This document shows positions 8,212-18,672 of a stretch of DNA of 64,000 nt, piece by piece. Under the pieces are notes generated by a model. That model ran no database searches and was not told the DNA's origin. It worked only from the letters and a program-made list of their open reading frames with translations. The position numbers and the translations under genes are program-made. Origin of the DNA: Deltaproteobacteria bacterium (GTDB taxonomy: Bacteria > Desulfobacterota > Dissulfuribacteria > Dissulfuribacterales > QOAL01). Positions within the stretch are counted from its first letter, which is position 1; each line of letters begins with the position of its first letter. The DNA is taken from NCBI GenBank assembly GCA_015493475.1, contig WGDC01000012.1, positions 677 to 64,676 on the forward strand, given 5' to 3'.

Positions 8212-9858
8212 ATGCATCTGAAGAAAATCTTCGTCCTCTTTTCAATTTTTGCCCTGCTCGAGGCAGGATGTGCCCCAAAAAGACCCCATATTTCATCGAC
8301 CTCCCTTTCACCTGCGCAAAAAGAGGCTCTCAACCGGCTTCATAGGCCCGGAAAGCGTACCGAAAAAATCAAAAAAGACCTTGAGGAACTATTTCCGGAG
8401 GCTGGCACGTGTCCCATCGATTCCTCCAAGGTGGACCCAGATTCAGATCAGGGCAAGCTCGACATGGCCCTTGAGCTTTGCAAGCTTTCTCAGGACCTAT
8501 GGGAAGAAGGAGACAACGATGGTGCCATAAAGGTTCTCGATGACGCCTTCAGCCTGGTTCTCGGCGTCAGGAACCAGGACGATGACCCGGATATCGAGCA
8601 GCAAAAGGACGACCTTCGCTTCCTCATCTCTAAAAGGATCCTCGAAATACACACCTCGCGCCTCAGGACAACAAAGGGGCTAAGCAACCCGATTCCCCTG
8701 ACAATGAATCCGTATGTAGAAAAAGAGATAAAACTTTTTCAGGGGAAAAATAGGACATTTTTTCTTGCCGCCTACAAGCGCTCAGGCCGGTATAGGCCAA
8801 TGATACTCAGGCAACTAAAGAAGGCCGGCCTGCCAAAAGAACTTTCCTGGCTCCCCCTTATTGAGAGCGGTTTCAAGGTAAGGGCCATGTCCCGCGCCAG
8901 GGCCCTTGGCCTGTGGCAGTTCATCCCCTCAACGGGGTACAAGTTCGGATTGACGAGAAATATCTGGATAGACGAAAGGCTGGATCCTGAAAAATCGACC
9001 AAGGCGGCCATAGCCTACCTTACGGAGCTCCATGAGATATTCGGTGACTGGTCAACGGTCCTTGCCGCATACAACTGCGGTGAACGCACCGTTCTCAAGG
9101 CCATAGACAGGCAAAAAATCAACTATCTCGACAACTTTTGGGACCTTTACAAAATGCTTCCGGGGGAAACCGCCCGCTATGTGCCCAAATTCATAGCCAC
9201 GCTCCTGATTGTGAAAAACCCTGGCAAGTATGGCTTCGACCTCGGAGACCCGGACAACCCCATCGCCTATGAAACGGTAACGGTTACCAAACAGATGAAA
9301 CTCACAGACGTGGCCTCGGCCATTGGGGTAAACCCTGATGTCCTCCTCAAACTCAATCCAAGCCTCAGATACGGAGTGACCCCGGACACGAGTTTCAAGC
9401 TCAAGGTACCCAAAAATTACGGTCGTATACTCCTTGCGAGGCTCGACGAGATAAGGAAATGGACTCCGCCGAAACCCACCTACAAAAGACGCATTCGCTA
9501 CGCCCGCAGGGGTACGTATATAAGACACAGGGTCAGAAGGGGCGAGCACCTTTCCTTAATAGCAAAACGCTTTCATACCAGTGTCAGGGCCATCAAAAAG
9601 GCCAACAGGCTCCGTTCGAGCAGGATCCGTGTGGGCCAAGTACTGAGAATCCCCTTGCGTCCTACATTTGCGAGGTTATACAGAAAGAGGCACAAGAAGG
9701 CCAGGAAAAGCAAAAAGTACGTGGTACAAAGGGGGGACACCCTCTGGGATATCGCCAGGAGGTTCAACGTTTCTGTCTCCGCCCTCAGACGTATAAACAG
9801 GCTTGGCTCAAATTGTCTGTATATCGGCCAGGTCTTGTCAATACCTTCGAGCGGATAG
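8212..9858 (+). CDS. mltD: Membrane-bound lytic murein transglycosylase D-like lipoprotein with LysM repeats
   Basis: Lipobox LEAG-C, SLT motifs IESGF, GLWQFIPSTG, AAYNCGE and ETARYVPK, two C-terminal LysM domains. RBS GAGGAGG precedes ATG 8212. Confidence 0.9.
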   Translation: MHLKKIFVLFSIFALLEAGCAPKRPHISSTSLSPAQKEALNRLHRPGKRTEKIKKDLEELFPEAGTCPIDSSKVDPDSDQGKLDMALELCKLSQDLWEEGDNDGAIKVLDDAFSLVLGVRNQDDDPDIEQQKDDLRFLISKRILEIHTSRLRTTKGLSNPIPLTMNPYVEKEIKLFQGKNRTFFLAAYKRSGRYRPMILRQLKKAGLPKELSWLPLIESGFKVRAMSRARALGLWQFIPSTGYKFGLTRNIWIDERLDPEKSTKAAIAYLTELHEIFGDWSTVLAAYNCGERTVLKAIDRQKINYLDNFWDLYKMLPGETARYVPKFIATLLIVKNPGKYGFDLGDPDNPIAYETVTVTKQMKLTDVASAIGVNPDVLLKLNPSLRYGVTPDTSFKLKVPKNYGRILLARLDEIRKWTPPKPTYKRRIRYARRGTYIRHRVRRGEHLSLIAKRFHTSVRAIKKANRLRSSRIRVGQVLRIPLRPTFARLYRKRHKKARKSKKYVVQRGDTLWDIARRFNVSVSALRRINRLGSNCLYIGQVLSIPSSG

Positions 9859-9891
9859 GCATTTTTTATCAAATAGAGGAAGGAGCACCAT

Positions 9892-10440
9892 TTGAAAAGG
9901 CCCAGGATAATACTGGACGAAAAGGAGATAGATAGGGCACTCAGCAGGATGGCCCACCAGATTGTTGAACGAAACAAGGGTGTGGAAAATCTCTGCCTGA
10001 TTGGCATAAGGACCGGGGGCGTGCCCTTGGCCCACAGGTTACAGGAAAAGATTGAGACCATAGAAGGTAGCGCCCCCAAGGTGGGCATCCTTGACATAAC
10101 CCTCTACCGGGATGACTGGAGTCACCTCAGCCAGCACCCCATTATCAGAAAAACGGAAATACCCTTTTCCATTGACGCAAAAACCATAATCCTTGTAGAT
10201 GACGTCATCTACACGGGAAGAACCACAAGAGCCGCCCTTGATGCGGTCATAGACTATGGCAGGCCCGCGAAGATCGAGCTTGCCGTACTCGTTGACAGGG
10301 GAAGGCGAGAGCTTCCAATCCAGCCCGACTTTTGCGGTGTCACCCTTTCCACCTCCAGAAACGAACACGTAAATGTCTATCTTAGAGAAATCTCCGGCAA
10401 TGACCAGGTCATCTTGGAAGAGTCAGAAGATGCAGTATGA
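9892..10440 (+). CDS. pyrR: Bifunctional pyrimidine regulator / uracil phosphoribosyltransferase PyrR
   Basis: LIGIRTGG, LDITLYRDD, LVDDVIYTGRTTRAALD, VDRGRRELPIQPD. Confidence 0.93.
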   Translation: MKRPRIILDEKEIDRALSRMAHQIVERNKGVENLCLIGIRTGGVPLAHRLQEKIETIEGSAPKVGILDITLYRDDWSHLSQHPIIRKTEIPFSIDAKTIILVDDVIYTGRTTRAALDAVIDYGRPAKIELAVLVDRGRRELPIQPDFCGVTLSTSRNEHVNVYLREISGNDQVILEESEDAV

Positions 10441-11455
10441 AAAACCCTCCTCTACCCTGCCTGTCGCCGTGACCATGGGATGCCCGGCAGGTATCGGCCC
10501 TGAGATAGCGCTCGCGGCACTGAGCAAGACTGCTCGTGATGTGCCCTGCGTTGTGGTGGGAGATGCTGGAGTGCTAAGCTCTTGTATAAAAAAACTCGGC
10601 CTCGATGACATCCACGTCAGGGCGTGGGAGCCTGGAAATGCAATAAGCCGGGGAGACGGTGTGATAAACTGCCTCGATAAAACGAGGTTGTCATTTGCTG
10701 ATTTCACCCCGGGTCAGCCCTCAAAAACAACCGGTATGGCAAGTTACCAATACATCATTGAGGCGGTGAAGCTCTGCCAATCTAAACAGGCAATTGCTGT
10801 GGTCACGGCACCCATAAGCAAGACAGGGCTCAATCTCGCAGGAATCCCCTTTCCGGGCCATACCGAAATACTTGCACATCGTACAGGTACCTCAGATTAT
10901 CTCATGATGATGGCCGGAGAAAGGCTCAAGGTTACCCTTGCCACGATTCACGTTCCACTTAGCACGGTCCCTGATTCCATAACCAAGAGGGGTCTTTTAA
11001 AGACAATAAAACTGACATGGCGTACACTCAGCAAGGATTTTGGCATACGTTGCCCTCGCCTTGCTGTCTGCGGCCTTAACCCCCACGCTGGTGAAGGGGG
11101 CATGTTTGGAGACGAAGAGAAAAGATTGATCAGCCCTGCTTGCAAGGCCGCGAGAGAAGAGGGTATGGATATTGCTGGCCCCCTCCCCCCAGATACGGTC
11201 TTTTACCATGCAGCCCAAGGAAAATTTGATGCGGTTGTCTGCATGTACCATGACCAGGGCCTCATTCCCTTCAAACTCATCCACTTTAGAGACGGAGTAA
11301 ACGTAACGTGCGGACTTCCTATTGTAAGAACATCCGTAGACCACGGTACGGCCTACGATATCGCTTGGCAGGGAAAGGCAAGCCACGAAAGCATGGCTGC
11401 CGCCATAATGCTTGCCAGGGAAATCCATGAAAACCGCATGAAAAGCCAAGCATAG
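10430..11455 (+). CDS. pdxA: 4-hydroxythreonine-4-phosphate dehydrogenase
   Basis: TMGCPAGIGPE, TAPISK, GHTE, GLNPHAGE, MYHDQG, RTSVDHGTA. Probable start ATG 10430. Confidence 0.93.
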   Translation: MQYEKPSSTLPVAVTMGCPAGIGPEIALAALSKTARDVPCVVVGDAGVLSSCIKKLGLDDIHVRAWEPGNAISRGDGVINCLDKTRLSFADFTPGQPSKTTGMASYQYIIEAVKLCQSKQAIAVVTAPISKTGLNLAGIPFPGHTEILAHRTGTSDYLMMMAGERLKVTLATIHVPLSTVPDSITKRGLLKTIKLTWRTLSKDFGIRCPRLAVCGLNPHAGEGGMFGDEEKRLISPACKAAREEGMDIAGPLPPDTVFYHAAQGKFDAVVCMYHDQGLIPFKLIHFRDGVNVTCGLPIVRTSVDHGTAYDIAWQGKASHESMAAAIMLAREIHENRMKSQA

Positions 11456-11460
11456 GATAC

Positions 11461-12411
11461 ATGCATTCCTCCCCTTCAGGCAAACCAGGCAACACTAAAA
11501 CCGTCATCAGGATAAGGGATCTTAAAAAAACCTTCGGCAAGCGGCAAGTCCTGAAAGGCATTGATATTGAACTCTTGCATGGCACCTGCCTCGGGCTGCT
11601 TGGGCCAAACGGTGCGGGAAAGACCACCACCATACGCATCCTTCTAGGCCTGGTAATACCTACAAATGGCCGCATAGAGGTATTTGGCGAACCGTATCCA
11701 GAATCCATACGGCGTGTAAAGTACCGAATCGGGGTTGTTCCCCAGATGGACAACCTTGACCCGGATCTCACCATCTTTGAAAACCTCCTCGTGTACGCAA
11801 ACTATTTCAAGATACCGATAAAGGTGGCAAGGGATAGGGCCGAGGAACTGCTCGACTTTTTTGCCCTAAAGAATAGGAGAGACGAAATCATTCAGAACCT
11901 TTCAGGGGGCCAGAGAAGGAGACTTCTCCTTGCCAGGGCGCTCATAAACAGGCCAGAGCTTCTGATACTCGATGAGCCCACCATTGGCCTTGACCCGCAG
12001 GCAAGACTTCTCATGTGGCAGCGTCTTGAGGCCCTGAGAAAAAACGGTACTACCATGCTCCTTACGAGCCACTATATGGAAGAGGTGTCAAGGCTTGCCA
12101 CCGATGTGATCATAATTGACAATGGCAGGGCCATTGCCAGGGGAAATCCGGGGAATATCGTGGAAAAAATGCTCGGCGTGGAGGTAGTGGAATTTAGCGC
12201 AGACGAGAAAGACCTCAGGGAACTTGCGCGTTTGCTGCGAGACTGCGACGTGGCGACCGAACTTGTTGACGACAGGCTGTACGTTTACAAGAAGGCCGGA
12301 TGCAGGGAGCTTGACGAAGCAGCCACCTCAATGCCTCACGTTGTCAAAAGGCCTGCTACTCTCGAAGACCTCTTTCTCAAACTAACGGGAAGAAAACTTA
12401 GGGAGCGTTGA
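11461..12411 (+). CDS. ABC-2 exporter ATP-binding subunit (NodI-like)
   Basis: GPNGAGKTT, GVVPQMDNLDPDLT (NodI-like), LSGGQ, LDEPT. Confidence 0.88.
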   Translation: MHSSPSGKPGNTKTVIRIRDLKKTFGKRQVLKGIDIELLHGTCLGLLGPNGAGKTTTIRILLGLVIPTNGRIEVFGEPYPESIRRVKYRIGVVPQMDNLDPDLTIFENLLVYANYFKIPIKVARDRAEELLDFFALKNRRDEIIQNLSGGQRRRLLLARALINRPELLILDEPTIGLDPQARLLMWQRLEALRKNGTTMLLTSHYMEEVSRLATDVIIIDNGRAIARGNPGNIVEKMLGVEVVEFSADEKDLRELARLLRDCDVATELVDDRLYVYKKAGCRELDEAATSMPHVVKRPATLEDLFLKLTGRKLRER

Positions 12412-12418
12412 TAAAGCC

Positions 12419-13168
12419 ATGTTCAGGGTCTGGTACAGAAATTTCAAGGTATGGCTCAAGCACTTGCAGGCGAGCCTCATCGGGAACCTCGGACAGCCCT
12501 TTCTCTTTCTGCTCGCCTTCGGTTTCGGCCTTGGAAAGTCGGTCCCTGAGATAGAGGGCATGAGCTATCTCCAGTTCATCGCCCCGGGACTTGTTGCGTC
12601 GGCAGTCATGTACTCGGCGGCATTTGAAGCGACCTATGGCTCATACACTAGGCTGTCCACCCAGGGGACCTTTGAGGCCATCTTGATAACACCGATAACT
12701 GTGGTTGAACTTACACTCGGGGAGATACTCTGGGGCGCCACCAAGGGCCTGGTTGCTGGCCTTATCATGCTCGCCACTCTGCCACTTTTTGGCGTGGTAC
12801 CTTCCTACTGGTCAGTGCTCATGATCCCGCTTCTTTTCGTAGAAGGTATAATCTTCTCTGCTTTCGGGCTCATAATGACAGCAGTAGCCACAAACTACGA
12901 CTTCTTCAACTACTTCACCTCCTTGGTGATAACCCCCCTCTTCCTATTCTCTGGAATATTCTTTTCCCTGAAAGCGGTAACACCTGCCCTCAGGAACGGG
13001 CTCATGCTCCTTCCCCTGTCAAACATCGTGGATCTTTCAAGGATGCTATGTTACGGAAGACTCCACGAAATAGCCCCATTGGAGATGGAACTCCTTATAA
13101 TCCTCGTATTCACGATAGTATCAGGATGGACCGCTGTTATCCTCCTTAAAAGACGCATGATACAGTAA
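12419..13168 (+). CDS. ABC-2 exporter permease (NodJ-like)
   Basis: Six hydrophobic segments; SYLQFIAPG, GEILWGATK, TPLFLFSGIFF. Confidence 0.85.
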   Translation: MFRVWYRNFKVWLKHLQASLIGNLGQPFLFLLAFGFGLGKSVPEIEGMSYLQFIAPGLVASAVMYSAAFEATYGSYTRLSTQGTFEAILITPITVVELTLGEILWGATKGLVAGLIMLATLPLFGVVPSYWSVLMIPLLFVEGIIFSAFGLIMTAVATNYDFFNYFTSLVITPLFLFSGIFFSLKAVTPALRNGLMLLPLSNIVDLSRMLCYGRLHEIAPLEMELLIILVFTIVSGWTAVILLKRRMIQ

Positions 13169-13220
13169 GGCATAGGACGACAGGCGGTGACAGGACCTAC
13201 AATCGGGTATCCTCGACAAG

Positions 13221-14429
13221 TCACCTCGGAACCAGGACAAACATCCTCGCCCGGTTTTTAAGACGTCCCGCCAGCTCCCCCGCAAACCTCCCGGTTCCCG
13301 CGTAAAGATCAATCCGTAGAGGACCTCTTATTGCACCGCCCGTATCGTGATTCATGAGTAGCAGCGCCTGCTGCCCGCCTTGTTTTCCTGCAAGCCAAGG
13401 CACGGTTCGAGACGTCGGGGGCAGCGAGAGCTGAATCAGGAAAGGAAGCCCGGGCGGATACACGCTTTTGTCAAAGGCCGCCGAGACCATGGGAACTATA
13501 ACCTGTCCATAGCAACCAACCGGCCCCACTGTTTCCCATTTAAAAAATACGTAGCGCTCATTTCTTGCAAGAAGCTTATTAAAAAGAAAAGGGTTTTTCT
13601 CCGCCCATGCCCTTATTGAAGACCAGTCGAGCCTTTCCAACGGCAATATCTTCTTTTTTAGAAGAAGACGGCCAAGGCTAGTATAAGGCCTGCCATTACT
13701 TGCCGCGTAATGTATGAAACGTTTTCCCTTATTAGTTTCTATTATGCCTGAACCCTGAATTTGCAGTTCCAAAAGGTCTGCCGGGTTCTTCAGCCAGCAA
13801 AGAACCGGCAAGGAACCAAGGTGGTTTTCCAACCTTTCATCGATCTCTTTTCTAGAGTAATAAGGAACAAGCCTCTTACCACTGATCCTGCCCCAAAGGC
13901 TACTTGCAGGAAGACGCCTGTTAAAATCGCTCAGTCGTATTTGTATGAGATCATCTGGACGGGCAAGAACCGGCACGGAAAATCCTGAAGACCTTGTAAG
14001 GGCACCTGTCAAGACGGGCTGGTAATACCCGGTAACAAGTGGCCGGCCTTCTATATCGCCTTTAACTACCTCGTAAGGGTCAAAAAGGCCCCGGAGGGCC
14101 TCTTTCACCTCCATTCCCCCATTTAGCCGTTTTTCAAGGGCTTGGAGGGCGGTTAAAAGGCGCTTTTTTGTTATTGTCCTGTTGAACAGCCTGTAAGTGT
14201 CCCACCTACCAGCCTCAAGGATAGAAATGGAGGTGCGTATTCCCTTTTCGATTTGTCCGATACCCTGGCAGTCGGCGCTGGGGAGCCTTGTAAAGTCGAC
14301 CGGTTTCAAGCATATTCCACCCCTGTTTCCTTTTGGAAAAAAATGAAAAAAAACAAGGGCAAATAACCAGATGACAAGGGATAGTGACCCAATGACACGG
14401 ACAACCTTTCGATATGGCAAGATCATCAA
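13221..14429 (-). CDS. mltA: Lytic murein transglycosylase MltA
   Basis: TGYYQP, LQIQGSG, YAASNGRPY, NERYVFF, and 3D domain DTGGAIRG...IDLY. Confidence 0.88.
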   Translation of the reverse strand: MMILPYRKVVRVIGSLSLVIWLFALVFFHFFPKGNRGGICLKPVDFTRLPSADCQGIGQIEKGIRTSISILEAGRWDTYRLFNRTITKKRLLTALQALEKRLNGGMEVKEALRGLFDPYEVVKGDIEGRPLVTGYYQPVLTGALTRSSGFSVPVLARPDDLIQIRLSDFNRRLPASSLWGRISGKRLVPYYSRKEIDERLENHLGSLPVLCWLKNPADLLELQIQGSGIIETNKGKRFIHYAASNGRPYTSLGRLLLKKKILPLERLDWSSIRAWAEKNPFLFNKLLARNERYVFFKWETVGPVGCYGQVIVPMVSAAFDKSVYPPGLPFLIQLSLPPTSRTVPWLAGKQGGQQALLLMNHDTGGAIRGPLRIDLYAGTGRFAGELAGRLKNRARMFVLVPR

Positions 14430-15364
14430 AGACCGGTAGCAGCTACCTGACGCTTCACAGCCTCCACGGAGTCATCAAGAGCGGAGCGCTCTTCCTCTGT
14501 AAGCCTGAACTCAACAATCCTTTCAACCCCGGACCGACCAAGAACCACAGGCACACCAAGGAAAACACCGCTTATTCCAAACTCTCCCTCAAGATACGCT
14601 GCGCAGGGAAGCACCCGCTTTTCATCCCAAAGGACTGACTGGGCCATCTCTATGGCGCAAAGACCAGGCGTTGTAAAGGCGCTTCCTGTCTTAAGATGCT
14701 GAACAATCTCTCCTCCGCCTGTCTGGGTGCGTTTTACGATTTTTTCAAGCTCCTGCCTTGAAAGGAGTTCCTCAACGGGAACCCCGGCAACACTTGCAAG
14801 CCTTGTCAGGGGAAGCATGTTATCCCCGTGGATCCCCATGACAAGGGCTGTCACATCCTTGGGGGCAACACCTAAGGCCTGGGCAAGAAACGTCCTGTAG
14901 CGGGCAGAATCAAGAACCCCTGCCATGCCCACTACCTGGTTCTTTGGAAAACCAGACACCTTGAACACCGTGTAGACCATGGCATCTATTGGGTTTGTCA
15001 CCACCACTATCACTGCATTAGGGCTTTGGGCAACAATGTTTTCCGTTACCTGCTTGACGATCTGGACATTCTTTAAGAGAAGGTCCTCCCGACTCATGCC
15101 TGGCTTTCTGGCAAGCCCAGCTGTGATTATCACAACGTCGGAATTCATAGTGTCTGCATAGTCGCATGTGCCGAGAACTTTTCCATTAAAGCCGCAAAGG
15201 GGCGCACTCTGGCTCATGTCAACGGCCTTGCCCTGGGGTATTCCCTCTACCACGTCAACCAGTATGATTTCCTGCGCAACATTCCTCGCTACTGCCCAGT
15301 GAGCGGCAGATGTGCCTACAGCCCCTGACCCAACGATGGTAAGCTTACTACTATCAGATGACAT
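14426..15364 (-). CDS. mdh: Malate dehydrogenase (LDH-like)
   Basis: GSGAVG, AGLARKPGMSREDL (Arg specificity residue of MDH), VTNPID, GVLDSAR, HGD. Confidence 0.92.
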   Translation of the reverse strand: MSSDSSKLTIVGSGAVGTSAAHWAVARNVAQEIILVDVVEGIPQGKAVDMSQSAPLCGFNGKVLGTCDYADTMNSDVVIITAGLARKPGMSREDLLLKNVQIVKQVTENIVAQSPNAVIVVVTNPIDAMVYTVFKVSGFPKNQVVGMAGVLDSARYRTFLAQALGVAPKDVTALVMGIHGDNMLPLTRLASVAGVPVEELLSRQELEKIVKRTQTGGGEIVQHLKTGSAFTTPGLCAIEMAQSVLWDEKRVLPCAAYLEGEFGISGVFLGVPVVLGRSGVERIVEFRLTEEERSALDDSVEAVKRQVAATGL

Positions 15365-15385
15365 GAACTTGCTGCTCCTTTCAAA

Positions 15386-16294
15386 TTATCTTTTTCTTCT
15401 CTTTAACATACCATGCTCTTCAAGGTACCGCCTGTAATAACTGAGGGCCTCTGGAAGGTATTCTACAATCTTCTCTAACCTTGCCCGGTCTGATGGATGG
15501 GTGCTCAAAAACTCAGGCGGCCTGGGCCTGTTCCTCGCAGCAGCCATCATTCTTTTCCAGAACGCAAGAGCACCCCTCGGGTCATAACCTGCCATAGCCA
15601 TGAATATAAGCCCAAGGTGATCTGCCTCGTACTCTTGGGTCCTGCTGTAGGGAAGAAGCACTCCCACGTTTGCTCCAAGGCCGTAAAGCTGCATCAAAAG
15701 ACGCCTTGTCGCCGGACTATAGCTTCCCGTGAGCATAGAGAGGGCGTCACCGCCAAGCTGCAGAAGGAGGGCCTGGCTCATCCTCTCCGCTGCGTGATTA
15801 GCAACTGCATGGCCTATTTCATGGCCAAGAACCACCGCAAGGCCATTGTCGTTTTTGGCAATGGGCAGAAGCCCCGAATAGACCACCACCTTTCCGCCCG
15901 GCATGCAAAATGCGTTTATTTCCTTGCCGCAAACCAAGTTGAACTCCCATCTGTAACCCCGTATTCTCTGACTCTGGCCAGTTTCATAAAGGAACCGCTC
16001 AACTGCCTGGCTTATACGCCTGCCAACCCGTTTGACCATGGCCACCTTGGCAGGGTCTTTACACAGCCTGTGTTTTCTGAGAAACTGCCTGTACTCCTGC
16101 TCACTCATGGCAAGAAGCTGGTAGTCAGGCACTATGTCTATCTGGCTCCTTCCTGTTACTGGAACCTCGGTGCAACCGCCAAAAATGAACGTGGCCACGG
16201 AAAGACACAAAAATAGAAAAAAAATTGCCGCCTGCCTTTCAAACAGCCGTCTTGCCAGACTATTTTCTGAAAACATCAAGGGATTAAAGGGCAT
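15386..16294 (-). CDS. M48 family zinc metallopeptidase (lipoprotein)
   Basis: GGC lipobox-like, NAFCMPGG, HEIGH, YSRTQEYEAD, FLSTHP. Confidence 0.9.
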   Translation of the reverse strand: MPFNPLMFSENSLARRLFERQAAIFFLFLCLSVATFIFGGCTEVPVTGRSQIDIVPDYQLLAMSEQEYRQFLRKHRLCKDPAKVAMVKRVGRRISQAVERFLYETGQSQRIRGYRWEFNLVCGKEINAFCMPGGKVVVYSGLLPIAKNDNGLAVVLGHEIGHAVANHAAERMSQALLLQLGGDALSMLTGSYSPATRRLLMQLYGLGANVGVLLPYSRTQEYEADHLGLIFMAMAGYDPRGALAFWKRMMAAARNRPRPPEFLSTHPSDRARLEKIVEYLPEALSYYRRYLEEHGMLKRRKR

Positions 16295-16393
16295 TAAGAT
16301 TCACCTGTTCTTTCTTGCGGCAGAACTTATAAAAATTTACAAAAAAGTGACATCTTTGTCTATCGGAGATGTTATGTTGGAGAAAAAATCGCT

Positions 16394-17521
16394 GTGACCT
16401 TTTTAAAGAGCAAAAAAAGTGTGGTAAAAATCGAGGGTAAGGCCATTGAGCACAATCTCAATATGCTTAAGCAGAGGATGGCTGGCCATTGCATGCTAAT
16501 GCCTGTTATCAAATCGGACGCATATGGCCATGGTATCGTAGACACTGCACGACTTATCGAGAAGAAATCCATTTGGGGGTTTGGTCTGTACGAGACGAAT
16601 GAGGCCGCACTTCTCAGACGTTCTGGCATTAAATGCCCCCTGTTTATGCTCTCTGGACTTCTTGGGGAAGGAGCTGAAAAGGTCCTGGAATTTGACCTGA
16701 CACTGGGGGCCGTGTCCCTTGATGAACTTGAGGAACTTGAAAGCAAGGCCCGGATACATGGCAAAAGGGTCAAGGTGCATCTCAAGGTGGATACGGGCAT
16801 GTCCAGGTTCGGTTTGAAGCCGGATGGGATTTACTGGGCTTCAAGAAACAGGGGGCGTTTCAGCCACCTTGAGTTTGAGGGCCTTTACTCCCATTTCGCC
16901 CGCGCGGATGAACCGGATCATGCAGCCAATGAAAGGCAGCTGCGGCTTTTCAGGAAGATAATTGATGAGGTGAAGATTGCGGGTTGGAGACCGATGTTTA
17001 CCCATATCGCCAATTCAGCCGCAATCATCTTCCTGAAGGATAGCCATTTTAACCTTGCCAGACCTGGTATTGCCATCTACGGCGGGCTTCAGGAGCCTGG
17101 AACCAACCGGCCATTTTCAGGCTTCCGGCAGGCCATGTCATTTTCGACCCAGATAATCCATATCCAGGATTTGCCAAAGGGCGCATGCATAAGTTATGGT
17201 CATACCTTCCATGCGACAAATAATATCAGGACAGCCATAGTACCAGTGGGTTACGACAACGGATACATGAGACAGCTTTCAAATAATGCAGATGTCCTCA
17301 TTGGCGGCAGGAGATGTCCGGTCCTTGGGAACGTCTGTATGAAGACCATTGTGGTTGACATAACAAAAATCCCTGATTGCAGGGTTGGAGACGAGGTTAT
17401 TCTCATGGGAGGACAGGGTCAGGAAATGGTAAGCGCTGTTGAACTGGCACATAAGGCGTCAACCATAAGCTACGAGCTACTATGCCTCGTAGGCAAGCTA
17501 AACAGAAGGATATTCATTTGA
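16394..17521 (+). CDS. alr: Alanine racemase
   Basis: VIKSDAYGHG PLP lysine motif, HLKVDTGMSRFG, ANSAA, RPGIAIYG, SYG. Confidence 0.94.
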   Translation: MTFLKSKKSVVKIEGKAIEHNLNMLKQRMAGHCMLMPVIKSDAYGHGIVDTARLIEKKSIWGFGLYETNEAALLRRSGIKCPLFMLSGLLGEGAEKVLEFDLTLGAVSLDELEELESKARIHGKRVKVHLKVDTGMSRFGLKPDGIYWASRNRGRFSHLEFEGLYSHFARADEPDHAANERQLRLFRKIIDEVKIAGWRPMFTHIANSAAIIFLKDSHFNLARPGIAIYGGLQEPGTNRPFSGFRQAMSFSTQIIHIQDLPKGACISYGHTFHATNNIRTAIVPVGYDNGYMRQLSNNADVLIGGRRCPVLGNVCMKTIVVDITKIPDCRVGDEVILMGGQGQEMVSAVELAHKASTISYELLCLVGKLNRRIFI

Positions 17522-17528
17522 GATTGCT

Positions 17529-17966
17529 ATGTTTGGAATAGGACTGCCAGAACTGATTGTCATTTTGGTGCTCGCCCTCATTGTCCTCGGGCCGGAAAAA
17601 CTACCAGTTGTTGCAAAACAGTTTGCCAGGTTCATGAACGATCTCAAGAAGGCGACGGAAGAGTTCAAACAAGAGATAGAGCTTGACAAGCTCGATGATA
17701 TAAAAAATCCCGTGAAACTTGAAGACATCCTTGGAGAAGACATCAACAGGCTGAGAAAGGACCCTGCACAGCGAGATTTTTCCGGTGGGGATTCGCGAAA
17801 ACAACATCCTGAACCGGCAAGGGATGAGCGCCGCCCGGACTCGGACAATTCGGCAGTAGCGCCCCAGGAGGCATTTGACCCGGAAAAAGGCGAAAGGGAG
17901 CAGAACGACAAGGAAGAGTGGGAGGACTATAGCCATTTACCCCACAGGGGAGGAAGTGGTGAATGA
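17529..17966 (+). CDS. tatB: Twin-arginine translocase subunit TatB (TatA/B family)
   Basis: MFGIGLPELIVILVLALIVLGPEKLP with an amphipathic helix and long charged tail; precedes tatC. Confidence 0.85.
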   Translation: MFGIGLPELIVILVLALIVLGPEKLPVVAKQFARFMNDLKKATEEFKQEIELDKLDDIKNPVKLEDILGEDINRLRKDPAQRDFSGGDSRKQHPEPARDERRPDSDNSAVAPQEAFDPEKGEREQNDKEEWEDYSHLPHRGGSGE

Positions 17967-18672
17967 AGCCAACACCCTTCAAGACCACCTTGCCGAGCTA
18001 AGAAGAAGGTTGATAACCTGTGTAATTACCTTTTGCATATCGTTTGGCCTTGCCTATGCCTCGTCGGATTTTTTGATCTCCTTTCTATTCCTGCCCGTTA
18101 AGGAAAGCCTTCCTGAAGGAAGCACCATGGTGTTCACCGCCTTGACAGAGGGCTTCATGGCCCATCTCAAGGTGGCTTTCTGGGCGGCCGTCGTGGTCAC
18201 TACTCCCTTTTTAGTGTACCAGATCTGGCGGTTCCTGCTTCCTGCCCTTTATAAAAACGAAAAACGTTCCCTCAGGAAACTGATTTTGATCGGGGGATTT
18301 CTCTTCGTATTCGGAGCAGTTTTTGGTTACTGGATCATTCTGCCGGTGATATTATCACTTAGCCTCGGTTATGCATCCACCAACCTCCAGGCCCTTCCAA
18401 GGCTGCAGAACTACCTTGTATTTACTCTCAAGGCCATATTCCTATTTGGCCTCATCTTTGAGATGCCCTTTGTCATGGCCGGGGCCGCAAGGGTTGGACT
18501 AGTTCATGGGGACTACTTCAAGAAACACCGAAAGGCCGCCTACATAGTCCTTTTTATTGTGGCGGCAATACTTGTGCCCTCTGACATCTTTTCACAGCTT
18601 CTAATCTTCCTGCCCTTCGTAATCATCTATGAAATAGGGGTGTTTTTGTCATCTGGCTTCATCAACACATAA
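17959..18672 (+). CDS. tatC: Twin-arginine translocase subunit TatC
   Basis: HLAELRRRL, EGFMAHLK, YQIWRFLLPALYKNE, FEMP, YEIG. Probable GTG start at 17959 after GGAGG. Confidence 0.93.
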   Translation: MNEANTLQDHLAELRRRLITCVITFCISFGLAYASSDFLISFLFLPVKESLPEGSTMVFTALTEGFMAHLKVAFWAAVVVTTPFLVYQIWRFLLPALYKNEKRSLRKLILIGGFLFVFGAVFGYWIILPVILSLSLGYASTNLQALPRLQNYLVFTLKAIFLFGLIFEMPFVMAGAARVGLVHGDYFKKHRKAAYIVLFIVAAILVPSDIFSQLLIFLPFVIIYEIGVFLSSGFINT

